Source of the DNA: Desulfosudaceae bacterium
GTDB lineage: Bacteria > Desulfobacterota > Desulfobacteria > Desulfobacterales > Desulfosudaceae
Assembly: GCA_963674745.2 (NCBI GenBank)
Contig: CAXXDV010000003.1
Span: forward strand, 1,600,001-1,664,000
Reading direction: 5' to 3'
DNA length: 64,000 nucleotides
Part shown: piece by piece, positions 9,463 to 18,633 of the stretch
How positions within the stretch are numbered: the stretch's first letter is position 1
Layout: every line of letters begins with the position of its first letter
Position numbers and translations under genes: made by a program
Notes under the pieces: model-generated
The model's input: the letters and a program-made list of their open reading frames with translations, nothing else
Database searches by the model: none
Told to the model about the DNA's origin: nothing

Positions 9463-12000
9463 CTATGTTCCAACCTCACCGGCACATTCATCCAGCACCC
9501 AACGAACAGCAGCGGCCAGTTGATCCCGCCGAACCGGCTTCATCAAAAAGGCATTGATCCCCAGGGCCGTGGCCTTTTTTTCATCTATCTGCTGGTTGAA
9601 GCCCGTGCACAGAATAACGGGCAATCGGGGCCGGATTTTATGAATTTCGGCGATCAGCTGAACACCGGTCATTTCCGGCATGGTCATGTCGGTCACCATC
9701 AGGTCAAACGTATCCGGGGCGTTCCGAAAAGCTTCCAGGGCGAGCGGACTGCCAACGTGCGGCGTCACTTTATAACCGAAGCCGGTCAAGAGCGAATTCA
9801 ACATGTCAAGGATACTGAGCTCGTCGTCAACCAGGAGAATATGTTCCGTTCCCCTGTTGGCCGAACCAGGCTTGTCCGCCGGCATTGGAGCGCACTCTGG
9901 GCCTGCCGCCGCCACCGGAAGAAAAACATGAAATGTCGCCCCCTGCCCGGGTGTGCTGGACACATCGATCAGGCCTTCATGCTCTCTGACGATCCCATAA
10001 GAAACTGACAGCCCCAGGCCGGTGCCTTTACCGATTTCCTTGGTCGTATAAAAGGGATCAAAGATTTTCATCATAACCGCCGGGTCCATCCCTGTGCCCG
10101 TGTCCGAAACAGACAGGTCGATGTAGTTCCCGGGCGCTATCTCCACACTCGGCAGTCGATCCCCAACAAGCTCAATTTCATTAAGCCCGATCGCAATTAT
10201 GCCGACATCCGCCTCCATGGCGTGGTGAGCGTTCACGATCAGGTTCATCAGCACCTGATGGATTTGGCCGGGATTGGCCATCACCGGCCGGCAGGACGAA
10301 TCAATATCAGCCCTTATCTCTATTGAGGTGGGTATAGAATGCCGGGTCAGGTCCAGTACCTCACGGATGATGTCCTGTATTTTGACGGGTGTTTTGTCGC
10401 TCTGCCGCTGCCGGCTGAAGGCGAGAATCTGTTTGACCAGATCGCTTGCTCGAGAGGCACTGCCCAGAATGGCTCGGGCATATTTTTGTTGTAGACTGTC
10501 GCCGCGCGTTATTTCCATGAGCATCTCAGCGTAACCGACGATCGGTGACAGGACGTTGTTGAAGTCATGCGCAATGCCGCCGGCAAGTGTTCCGATGGAC
10601 TCCATTTTCTGGGCCTGCAGGAGCTGGGATTGGAGGCTGATATTTTCCATCTCGGCCCGGCGGCGGGCGGTGATGTCACGGAACGTCCAGATACGGCCGT
10701 AGTTTTGGCCGTCTTTGCCTACAACAGGCGCCGAATATCGCTCCAAAACAGTCCCGTCCTTCAGTGCGACTTCGTCCTGCAATGTCTCCTCCGGATGGTT
10801 GTAAAGAAAGGTAACCTGCGCCAGAAACGCTTCCGGGTCCTTTGTTGAATTCATAACATACTGGACCTGGGTCTGATCATCGTCATTGTCGGCGATATGT
10901 TGCGGGATTTTCCAGAGTTCAATGCTCCGTCGGTTTTGAAAGACCTTTTTCCCTCTGCCGTCAACCACCAAAAGGCCTTCAGTGGTGGTATTGGCCTGGG
11001 CCTCTAAAAGCGCGGCCTGCCGGCGCAACTCGTCTTCCGCCCGTTTCTGATCCGATATATCGCGGGCCACTGAATACGTCACCCCCTTTTCCGGCTTCGG
11101 GTGTGACACCCAACTGAGCCAGCGGTAGCTACCGTCCCGGCACATATACCGGTTAATGAAATTGATTACCCTTTCCCCTTTTTGAAGTTTCGACTCCACC
11201 ATGTCTATTGTCTTCATGACATCATCCGGATGGATAAATTCAAGAAACGGTTTTGACTGGAGCTCATCTTCAGTAAAACCGAGCGTTTCCGTAAAGGCCG
11301 GATTGATCCTTATAAATGTCGAGGTCCGGATATCGGCAATGCATAGCATATCGAGGGACATGGAGAACACCTGCTCGAATTCTTTTCGGGCAAGCTGAAA
11401 GTAGATCAGAATCATCCCGATTGCGACAATAATCTCAATAAAGGCCCCCAGCAGGTATCCCCATGGGGCAAACCACTCCACGGGCCTCAGGAAGGGGTAA
11501 TCGATCTTGTGAACCCCCCATATGATAAAAGCAATCCCGACAACGCTCGGAAGGATTCCGTCCACCGTTCTGTACCGGAGTATCATGATGCCGGTCCAGA
11601 TGAAAACCATCCCGATAAACAGATAATTGGGAAGGCTTAAGAAAAGCAGGGTGGTGTCCGTCATGCCGCAGGCAAAAATCCACATGCCAATGGCAACTGC
11701 AAGATACACCCATAGCCGGTGCATGGACCGGTTGATAAAAACAAAGGTCCCGTACATCAGAAACATTCCGCTCAAGAGGGTGGTGATCTGGTTGCTGATC
11801 AACAGATACCGGGAATAGTCGTCGGGCCCGGCTGTAATCAGCACCAGCATCAATACGAAACGCAGGGTATATATGCACCACCCTATGGACCAGATGAACA
11901 GGTATTTCTGCCTGTCAACCGTATACAGGTAGAAGAAGGTCAGGGTCAGGACGACCGTTCCTGACAGCGTTGCGACAACCGAAGGTATCAGCCAGTTCAT
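9463..12000 (-). CDS. Membrane hybrid sensor histidine kinase (7TM, 2xPAS, HisKA, HATPase, REC)
   Basis: AHDFNN, NLIVNA, DTGTG, FYTTK, GTGLGL and a C-terminal receiver (LVDDE, TDMTMP). Confidence 0.95.
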   Translation of the reverse strand: MNWLIPSVVATLSGTVVLTLTFFYLYTVDRQKYLFIWSIGWCIYTLRFVLMLVLITAGPDDYSRYLLISNQITTLLSGMFLMYGTFVFINRSMHRLWVYLAVAIGMWIFACGMTDTTLLFLSLPNYLFIGMVFIWTGIMILRYRTVDGILPSVVGIAFIIWGVHKIDYPFLRPVEWFAPWGYLLGAFIEIIVAIGMILIYFQLARKEFEQVFSMSLDMLCIADIRTSTFIRINPAFTETLGFTEDELQSKPFLEFIHPDDVMKTIDMVESKLQKGERVINFINRYMCRDGSYRWLSWVSHPKPEKGVTYSVARDISDQKRAEDELRRQAALLEAQANTTTEGLLVVDGRGKKVFQNRRSIELWKIPQHIADNDDDQTQVQYVMNSTKDPEAFLAQVTFLYNHPEETLQDEVALKDGTVLERYSAPVVGKDGQNYGRIWTFRDITARRRAEMENISLQSQLLQAQKMESIGTLAGGIAHDFNNVLSPIVGYAEMLMEITRGDSLQQKYARAILGSASRASDLVKQILAFSRQRQSDKTPVKIQDIIREVLDLTRHSIPTSIEIRADIDSSCRPVMANPGQIHQVLMNLIVNAHHAMEADVGIIAIGLNEIELVGDRLPSVEIAPGNYIDLSVSDTGTGMDPAVMMKIFDPFYTTKEIGKGTGLGLSVSYGIVREHEGLIDVSSTPGQGATFHVFLPVAAAGPECAPMPADKPGSANRGTEHILLVDDELSILDMLNSLLTGFGYKVTPHVGSPLALEAFRNAPDTFDLMVTDMTMPEMTGVQLIAEIHKIRPRLPVILCTGFNQQIDEKKATALGINAFLMKPVRRDQLAAAVRWVLDECAGEVGT

Positions 12001-12111
12001 GTGTAAACGGTTTCTCCTTGAAGAGTTTTGCCCGTGGTGAGCGGGAAAGGCTGAATTTTATAGTCTATTAATATAAATAATCTCACAATAATCTGTATGA
12101 AGCAAGCAATA

Positions 12112-12130
12112 GGGGTCGGACCAGGCTAAC
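12112..12130 (+). repeat. GGGGTCGGACCAGGCTAAC boundary motif (family A)
   Basis: Direct repeat of 9436-9454. Confidence 0.75.
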
Positions 12131-12279
12131 TTAGGGTATTCCGGTATTCCGGGGACATCCATGATAAGTAAAGTCAAGGGAAAAAAAGAGTTTTCCCATC
12201 CGCCAAAGAATACCCCCTGGTGGTTATGTTCCCGGTTCTCCGCGTAAGCTCTTTTTAATCTGTGTCTATTCGATCGACG

Positions 12280-12470
12280 GTCTGCCGCGACCAGACATCC
12301 ATTTGCTGTATCAGCCGCTTTATCCTTAATAAATAAAGCGGCGTCACAGAAGATTGAGTTTGGGTTAAAACCCGCCGGCCTCGAAACAGTATAAAAGATT
12401 GTATCTCGATCGGCTGTTCGATCACACAGTCCCCAAAACGCGAGGCCCGGCGGGAAAGCAACAGACGGAT
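12280..12470 (-). ncRNA. Candidate bridge RNA (seekRNA) of the IS110 element; ends approximate
   Basis: Two stem-associated loops. Segments at 12429-12434 and 12386-12393 match the target GGGGAC/ACAGTATA; segments at 12358-12362 and 12295-12302 match the donor junction CAAAC/ACATCCAT. Confidence 0.75.
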
Positions 12471-12490
12471 AAACCGTTATTTTATAAAAT

Positions 12491-13528
12491 CTATGCCGCT
12501 TCCTGTTCTTCTCCTTTCGGCAGTTCAAACGTCTTTTGTCCTTTATCAACCGCAAGCATGTAGGCGACAAGCTTTCGTGCTACCGCCAGCGTGGCCCGGT
12601 TTTTATTGCCTTTCTCGATCTCTCGGGCATGCACCTCGGCCAGTTGCGGGTTCCAGTAAGGTGCCAGTTTGGCCGCTTCGACCAATATCGTTTGTAAATG
12701 TTTGTTTCGCTTCTTCGATATTGGGCCTCTCATATTTTTGCCGGCCGACTCTCTTTGAGCGCTGCATAACCCGCAATAACTGACAGCTTTCCGGGCCGAT
12801 GAAAAACGGCCAGGATCTCCGATCTCCAGTGCCCAGGTCAGGGCCGTAACCTCTCCGACACCCCTGATGGACATCAGTCGATCCACCCGTTCTTTTATCT
12901 GCTCATTATTGCGGAGCACCTTTAACAGTTTTTTTTGGATATCGGTAAACATCTCATATCCGGATCGGGACATGCGCAGCAGGTTTATTACCGACTCGGG
13001 CACATCTTCCATGTTCTCCAGCAACTCACGAAAATATTTTTTCCGGTGCAGTCTGCTTTTGGTGTATTCCGCGCCGCATTCCATCAGGAGGCCGGATATT
13101 TTGTTTTGCATACGAACCGCCTCTCTGACGATATGATTGCGATAACGGAGAATGCGGCGCAACTCCCGCATATCCTCAGGCATCATGTAACACTCCGGCA
13201 ATAAATCGCACCGCAACAGATCGGCAATCATTCGCGCGTCTACTTTGTCGTTTTTCTTTTTGGATGCAGAAATAGCCTTGAGCATCTGGGGATGGGCGAC
13301 CTTCAACTCCTCAGCATACGGTTTTAAAAAATCATAAATCCATCCTGAAAACATCGTTGCTTCCATGGCGCCTGTCCACGGCCCTGGCAGACCATCTGCC
13401 CAGTGGGTTAAAGCGGAACGCGTAGCGGATATCACCCCTTGTCCGATAACGGTTCCGTCTTGTTGTTTAATGCAATAAGCGATAGTTTTCTTGTGAATGT
13501 CCAGTCCGATATAGTATGATTTTTTCAT
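12491..13528 (-). CDS. IS110-family DEDD transposase/recombinase
   Basis: YIGLDIHK, MEAT, KNDKVDARMIA, GVGEVTA, YCGLCSAQRESAG and AVARKL motifs. AGGAGG RBS precedes ATG 13528. Confidence 0.97.
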   Translation of the reverse strand: MKKSYYIGLDIHKKTIAYCIKQQDGTVIGQGVISATRSALTHWADGLPGPWTGAMEATMFSGWIYDFLKPYAEELKVAHPQMLKAISASKKKNDKVDARMIADLLRCDLLPECYMMPEDMRELRRILRYRNHIVREAVRMQNKISGLLMECGAEYTKSRLHRKKYFRELLENMEDVPESVINLLRMSRSGYEMFTDIQKKLLKVLRNNEQIKERVDRLMSIRGVGEVTALTWALEIGDPGRFSSARKAVSYCGLCSAQRESAGKNMRGPISKKRNKHLQTILVEAAKLAPYWNPQLAEVHAREIEKGNKNRATLAVARKLVAYMLAVDKGQKTFELPKGEEQEAA

Positions 13529-13704
13529 GGGAGACCTCCTTGTTTGTGGATTCAGATTCTGAGCAAGCCCAGTGCCTGTCTCAGCCGGTATTTTAAATAC
13601 CACATCTGCCACCGGGAGGTCTCCTCTCTCAATTAACTTACTTATGCATTCAAACAGTATACTGGTTTAAATCTATATACAGAGATCGCCAGACCGGAAT
13701 TCCA

Positions 13705-15345
13705 TTATTCTGCCTGCAGTTTGACTGCCGTTAACGAACAAGGCGGAAACGAAAAGGCATCAGGTGTTTTGCCTTGAGGGGAGATACTTAGCGGGATAAT
13801 GTTTTCACGGTTCTCCGGTGTGTTTTGCGCGAACGGATCATCATGGGTAAGTGACATTATTTCCTTGAAGACGAATTGACGGTCAGTGAAGCCGGCAAAA
13901 GAGATCCCGGTTTTGACATGTTGTTCCAGGTGCCGGTTGACAACAACCAGAGATATGTTTTTCCCGTCATCCGACATGGTCGCCCCGGCATCGAGTACCG
14001 GGATTGCACCTTCCTTTACCATGCCGATTTTTTTATTCATAACCGTGGGGCATGCCATGTCAAGCGCCAGGTGATTTTGGTAAGCGTTGCTGAAAATCAT
14101 CCAAAAGGCATGGTAACTGGTGGTTTTAACGATCCCCCGGTCGTCGGTCCTGATCAGCCCGAGGCAATTAATCAGCTGGGAGCAGTTCCCCATGCCCATT
14201 ATTTTCCCCAGCCGCATCATTGACAACAGGACGGATGCCACAAACAAAGAATCGCTCAAGGTCCAGTTTGTTTTTATCATCTGTGACATCTGATACCAGG
14301 CATTCCATTCATCCAGTGCTATCCTGACAGTTGTGTCAGGGCCAAGCGCGTCTTCAACGGACTGCCGGCATCGACGCAACATCATTTCAAATTCAGCGGG
14401 AGCGGCCTGCATGGCATAATGTACTTTTTCATTATGCCAGGGGGGCAGGGAGCGACCCAGAAGCGCCCGGGGATTTATAATATTAATGTTTGTCCACGGT
14501 GCGTAAATATGAACACTCAAATAATCGACATAGCCGTCAATCGCGCTTAAAAGCGTGGTGTTCCATTCCGCCGTATGACGGGTAACAAGGATATCCCGCC
14601 ACCCGGGGTCAATGCCGCTGGCGACCAGCCTGATACCCGGATCTTTCTGTTTCATGGCCCTGGCAAACTGCAGGTATCGCCGGGCGTAGCTGTCCGGGCG
14701 TTTTTCCCAGCCTGGAATATACCTGCCCCAGATTTCATTGGCGATCCCCCAGTATTTTACATTATACGGTTCGGGATTGACCTTTGCCCGCAGAGCGCCG
14801 AATGCCGTGTCTGAAGAACCGTTACAGTATTCTACCCAATTGGCGGCCTCTTCGGGTGTGCCGGTTCCATAATTGATGTTGATATACGGATCGGCGTTGA
14901 TTTTCCGGCAGAGGGCATTAAACTCATCCGTGCCGAATTGATTATGAACATAAGGGCCGGGCACGCCATATTTATTTCTGAAAAATCCATAGGGGATGAA
15001 TTTGCCCCAGAATTTATTGGGGTGCCCTCTTCTGTCTTCTGATTTTCCGACACCGTCCTGCCAATGGTATGTCTCGGCATAGTTCCCCCCCGGCCACCTG
15101 AGCACAGGTCCCGGCCCTTTGTCGGCATGTTGAAACAGCGGGATCACGGCCTGAAGAACATCTGCCCGGACGCCGCTCAAAAAAGAGTCATCGCAGTGCG
15201 GCAGGCTTTTGTATCGCTCCGAGGTTGTCCACAGGCCGTCATGAATGGCCTCACCGAGTTCCTCGATAAAATGGCCGAATATATTTCTGTCAATTTGATG
15301 CTGAATATTATTCTTGATTTTGATGTCAGCCACTGAATACCCCAC
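13705..15345 (-). CDS. abfA: GH51 alpha-L-arabinofuranosidase
   Basis: FGHFIEELG, RWPGGN, FGTDEF, WVEYCNG, WGIANE (acid/base) and ALDEWN (nucleophile). The start codon is uncertain. Confidence 0.88.
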   Translation of the reverse strand: MGYSVADIKIKNNIQHQIDRNIFGHFIEELGEAIHDGLWTTSERYKSLPHCDDSFLSGVRADVLQAVIPLFQHADKGPGPVLRWPGGNYAETYHWQDGVGKSEDRRGHPNKFWGKFIPYGFFRNKYGVPGPYVHNQFGTDEFNALCRKINADPYININYGTGTPEEAANWVEYCNGSSDTAFGALRAKVNPEPYNVKYWGIANEIWGRYIPGWEKRPDSYARRYLQFARAMKQKDPGIRLVASGIDPGWRDILVTRHTAEWNTTLLSAIDGYVDYLSVHIYAPWTNINIINPRALLGRSLPPWHNEKVHYAMQAAPAEFEMMLRRCRQSVEDALGPDTTVRIALDEWNAWYQMSQMIKTNWTLSDSLFVASVLLSMMRLGKIMGMGNCSQLINCLGLIRTDDRGIVKTTSYHAFWMIFSNAYQNHLALDMACPTVMNKKIGMVKEGAIPVLDAGATMSDDGKNISLVVVNRHLEQHVKTGISFAGFTDRQFVFKEIMSLTHDDPFAQNTPENRENIIPLSISPQGKTPDAFSFPPCSLTAVKLQAE

Positions 15346-15352
15346 GAATCTC

Positions 15353-15364
15353 GGGGACAGTATA
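15353..15364 (+). repeat. GGGGACAGTATA motif (family B), an empty IS110 target site
   Basis: Exact 12-bp match to the reconstituted IS insertion site; lies between two genes. Confidence 0.8.
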
Positions 15365-15380
15365 TCGATTTATTTGCAGC

Positions 15381-16112
15381 TTAAACCGCCCCGGTGTTAT
15401 TTTCGATTTCCTGCTTGAAGTAGGCATTCGCCAGTTGAAGGAAATCGTCACGTGACAGCAGCTCTTGTGAAACGCGGTTTAACACCTCGTCCGGAATGAC
15501 TTCATTCCGCCCGGCGAACCGCCCGGCCTCACGACAGCCTTCGTAGACAGGCTTCATCCTGTCCGGTTCGAGTGCATCGAAAATTTCCATCATCGGTCCG
15601 TGGGGCCTGAGAAGGGAGCCCAGGTACTGCCGGCAACCCAGCCGGACAAAAGCCTGAACATGCGCTACCAGCTCATCGAAGTGATGCATCTCGTGAAAAC
15701 CGCAGTTGGACAACAGCACCATCGAAGAGTTTTTGGTTCCCTCGCGGAACGGATGGGTACACTGACCGTCCTTGACTTCAATGAACGGCAGCGCCAGCGG
15801 AATGATCCGGTCCATCATGATTTTCATCTGGGCCGTCATGCCGCATACATAGAGCGGCGTAGCGAGAACCACCACATCCGCCTGTCGCAAAAGTTCGAGC
15901 ATACGCTGCATGTCATCCTTCTGCACGCATTCTCCGGGTGTCTTGAGCCAGCAGTTGAAACACCCGATGCAGGGATTGATTTTCATTCCCTGAAGATAGA
16001 CCAGGTCAACAGTTGCACCTGTTTCTTTTGCCCCCTCAATAAACGGTAGCAGCATACGGTCCGTATTGCTCAATTTCTTCCTGGGGCTGCCGTTGATCGC
16101 CAGAAGTTTCAT
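15381..16112 (-). CDS. Iron-sulfur flavoprotein / NADPH-dependent FMN reductase family
   Basis: INGSPRK, CIGCFNCW…C and ATPLY motifs. Confidence 0.88.
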   Translation of the reverse strand: MKLLAINGSPRKKLSNTDRMLLPFIEGAKETGATVDLVYLQGMKINPCIGCFNCWLKTPGECVQKDDMQRMLELLRQADVVVLATPLYVCGMTAQMKIMMDRIIPLALPFIEVKDGQCTHPFREGTKNSSMVLLSNCGFHEMHHFDELVAHVQAFVRLGCRQYLGSLLRPHGPMMEIFDALEPDRMKPVYEGCREAGRFAGRNEVIPDEVLNRVSQELLSRDDFLQLANAYFKQEIENNTGAV

Positions 16113-16198
16113 GCCCTCACCTCTTTTGTGTTTGTGTTATTGGAAAAAATGAACCGAACATCCCCCATCCAGGCATTTAAAAAAAATCATACTCTTAT

Positions 16199-16216
16199 TT
16201 CCAGGGACAGTATCCC
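16199..16216 (+). repeat. Degenerate family B motif (TTCCAGGGACAGTATCCC)
   Basis: Similar to TTCCGGGGACAGTATAC. Confidence 0.55.
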
Positions 16217-16236
16217 TATTTTAAATTTATTGCAGG

Positions 16237-16257
16237 AAGCCCCCTCGAAGGGGGCTT
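16237..16257. terminator. GC-rich hairpin
   Basis: AAGCCCCCT-CGA-AGGGGGCTT perfect stem, ~130 bp downstream of the minus-strand gene ending at 16389. Confidence 0.55.
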
Positions 16258-16301
16258 TTGGGTTGGGAGAAGAGCCCAATTTTTATTACCTATTACCCTG
16301 C

Positions 16302-16368
16302 TTGATCAACAAGCCGGCCTTGTTATCGATAATGGCCATAAAAGCGACTTCTTATCCTTTCCTTATGA
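16302..16368 (+). repeat. Promoter/end module copy with a degenerate -35
   Basis: GGCCATAAAAGCGACTTCTTATCCTTTCCTTATGA is nearly identical to 1715-1750. Confidence 0.75.
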
Positions 16369-16388
16369 AATTGGTGGAATAAGTTTGT

Positions 16389-17960
16389 TTAGCCGGATTT
16401 TTCACGGATTTGTTTATAAAATAATATGCCGATGGAAAAGAGCATAATTGAGACAACCGGAGCGACCTGCCATTTACCATGCAACCCCAGCCAACGCCCC
16501 ATAATGAATGACCGCGTGTCAGATGGCGGCCGATCGGGTTGAGGTTTTCTTAAAGGAAAATTTCTATCCGTGAGGAACTGCAGGTTGTCATTTGCAAACT
16601 GTTTATAAAATTGCGGTAATGGATTGGACCAGAATTGTTGTATGACCGGATGATCATCCGGTCGGACATTGGGGGAGGATGTAGACACTGTAGCGGCTAT
16701 CAGCATGTTGCTGACGGAAAACGCCAGCATCAACGCGCCGGGTATTGTTACAATCCAAGGGCGGGGTAATTGAAGATGTGTGATGCCCACGGCGGCAAGG
16801 ATTATGTACCATTGAAGCCCGACTATCTGATAACGAGGTCCGGTAGACCAGCCGCCGTGCCAGCCGTTGAAAGACACGTTTAGTACAAAAAAAAGTATGA
16901 TATTAGCTAGAGCCAACCAAGGCACCCAGCGATATTTTCCCAGCTTACCGGTCACCAGAAGCCCTAAGGGAAAGAGACAAAGAACGGGCATATACCAAAA
17001 CAGACCACGGTAGGACGAAAACGTCAATCCGAAAACAGCCTGCTTGAATCCGAAAAAATCAAACAGGCCACCGGCGGCGTTGGTCGAGAGAAATAGTGGA
17101 TTGCTATAGATCGAAGCGGGCATGAAGAATGATCCGAAACAAATTTTGTGATACCCGGCGAAGATCAGAGCCGGGAACAGTCCGCCCAGGCAGAAACGAG
17201 CAAGAGATCGCGGGTTCCGGCGCATCACCATATAAATAAAAACAACGGCGACGGTCAGGGCGGTGGTATAATCACAGAGCACTGCCAGTCCGAAAAAAAG
17301 ACCGGAAAGGCTTTCATAATTTGTCGGTTGTCTTACCAGAAAGAAAAATCCGGAAATGCAAAAAGCGGCGGCAAGTGTGTGCCCCCATAATTGAGTGGAA
17401 AACGGAAACATCAGTGTGCCGAAATAAAGGGCGAAGGTGCCCAAGCCCGCCACAAGATCGTTTTGTTTACATAAGGTCAGAAGGGACAGGTAAAAAAGGA
17501 TACTCGATAGGGCCACCGGCACAACCGTTACGAAAAAATTAATGATGAAGCTGTTGACATTAGTGGCTTCCGTACGCAACGGGTCAATCCCCAGTCCCCT
17601 TTCCAACCAGTAGAGGACGGCATAAACCGGTATTCCCATAATTGACGGCAGCGGCGGTTTGTTGGAATAGAAATTGCGGTCGTACTGCGGGTTGTTTGCC
17701 CAGTCACAGGTGTTTGTGTACCGGTCGGGGCCGCAGCCCTTGAACCGGTTGATATGAAACGTATACGTGTCGGCCGTTCCCGGCTCCACAAAACTAAAAA
17801 TCACATTGAGTCGGGCCGCTTGGTTTGCGTTGGCGCCGTTATGAAACCATCCATAGGCGACTGTAATAGCAAAGCATAACATCAGCGCCATTTTCGGAAC
17901 GGTTGAAGCGGGCAATAAAGACCGAGCACTGTGAACGCGTCGTTGGTGAACAGATATCAT
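16389..17960 (-). CDS. Polytopic membrane protein, GT-C-like glycosyltransferase
   Basis: Many TM helices; FYSNKPP, SYRGLFWYMP and WHGGWSTGPRY motifs. Confidence 0.7.
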   Translation of the reverse strand: MISVHQRRVHSARSLLPASTVPKMALMLCFAITVAYGWFHNGANANQAARLNVIFSFVEPGTADTYTFHINRFKGCGPDRYTNTCDWANNPQYDRNFYSNKPPLPSIMGIPVYAVLYWLERGLGIDPLRTEATNVNSFIINFFVTVVPVALSSILFYLSLLTLCKQNDLVAGLGTFALYFGTLMFPFSTQLWGHTLAAAFCISGFFFLVRQPTNYESLSGLFFGLAVLCDYTTALTVAVVFIYMVMRRNPRSLARFCLGGLFPALIFAGYHKICFGSFFMPASIYSNPLFLSTNAAGGLFDFFGFKQAVFGLTFSSYRGLFWYMPVLCLFPLGLLVTGKLGKYRWVPWLALANIILFFVLNVSFNGWHGGWSTGPRYQIVGLQWYIILAAVGITHLQLPRPWIVTIPGALMLAFSVSNMLIAATVSTSSPNVRPDDHPVIQQFWSNPLPQFYKQFANDNLQFLTDRNFPLRKPQPDRPPSDTRSFIMGRWLGLHGKWQVAPVVSIMLFSIGILFYKQIREKSG

Positions 17961-18169
17961 GAGTCATCTTTACCCAGTGAATACCAAATTGATGTATCCA
18001 GCAAGTGGTCAATGATCAAAATCTCTGTGTCAAACTTCGTAAACAGTGACTGAGGGATACGCTCAAGGACGGACGATAATGTGCTTTGTGCGTTGTAGGC
18101 AACAATGAATATCAACGTCTTGTGACGGCTTGGAGCCTCGTGGACAATCGTTTTATTTTTTTTGCGCAT
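17957..18169 (-). pseudogene. Truncated GT2 glycosyltransferase N-terminus
   Basis: LIFIVAYNAQSTLSSVLERIP…EILIID is followed by an abrupt loss of similarity. Confidence 0.65.
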
Positions 18170-18209
18170 TCACGTTACTGTTCCTGCCGGTAGAATATGA
18201 CTGCTTGAT

Positions 18210-18258
18210 GGATAAGAGCTTGCTTTTATATAGCAAGTGCGGCCTTGTGTGTCAATAT
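18210..18258 (-). promoter_or_regulatory. Portable sigma70-type promoter module
   Basis: Minus strand reads TTGACA-17-TATATA then AAAGCAAGCTCTTATCC, upstream of the GT2 fragment and GT-C gene. Confidence 0.75.
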
Positions 18259-18633
18259 CTTTTAGGGTACCACCTAATAGGGCTCTTTTCTCATGTTCCC
18301 GATTATGGCTACTGGGCTGAATAATCCCAAAATTTGCCGACCGGGAGACACAGTAGCGCCGTCTCAAAAATCTCGTATTTTTCTTTGTATTCCACTGCTC
18401 TGACATTTTTTCTGTTCTTTTTATCTCTTTGATAATGTTCTTTAGAGTCCTGCGTTAAAGGGCCATCAACATGTGGTGGTCTCCTAAAACCATCGATTGG
18501 CAATGATTTATGATGAGACTGCCGGTTAAACGCTGGGCATTGATGCTACAGAAATTGAAGCCGCAGAGCGATTTTTTTGACCCTTGTGGCCGCTGAACAG
18601 CCCTGTAAAAAACCAATCGCAAGTTTGTGGGAG

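Larger units (their letters stand above)
12157..13655 (-). mobile_element. IS110-family element, IS1111-like (non-coding region downstream of the transposase)
   Basis: Junctions CCGGGG-AC-ATCCATG and GCATTCAA-AC-AGTATAC share an AC core. Sub-terminal IRs are ATAAGTAA (12164-12171) and TTACTTAT (13638-13645). No long TSD is present. Confidence 0.88.

Noticed and set aside
12058..12570. 170-aa ORF over the IS non-coding region
   Set aside because: It crosses the IS boundary and has no motif; the region is better explained as structured RNA.
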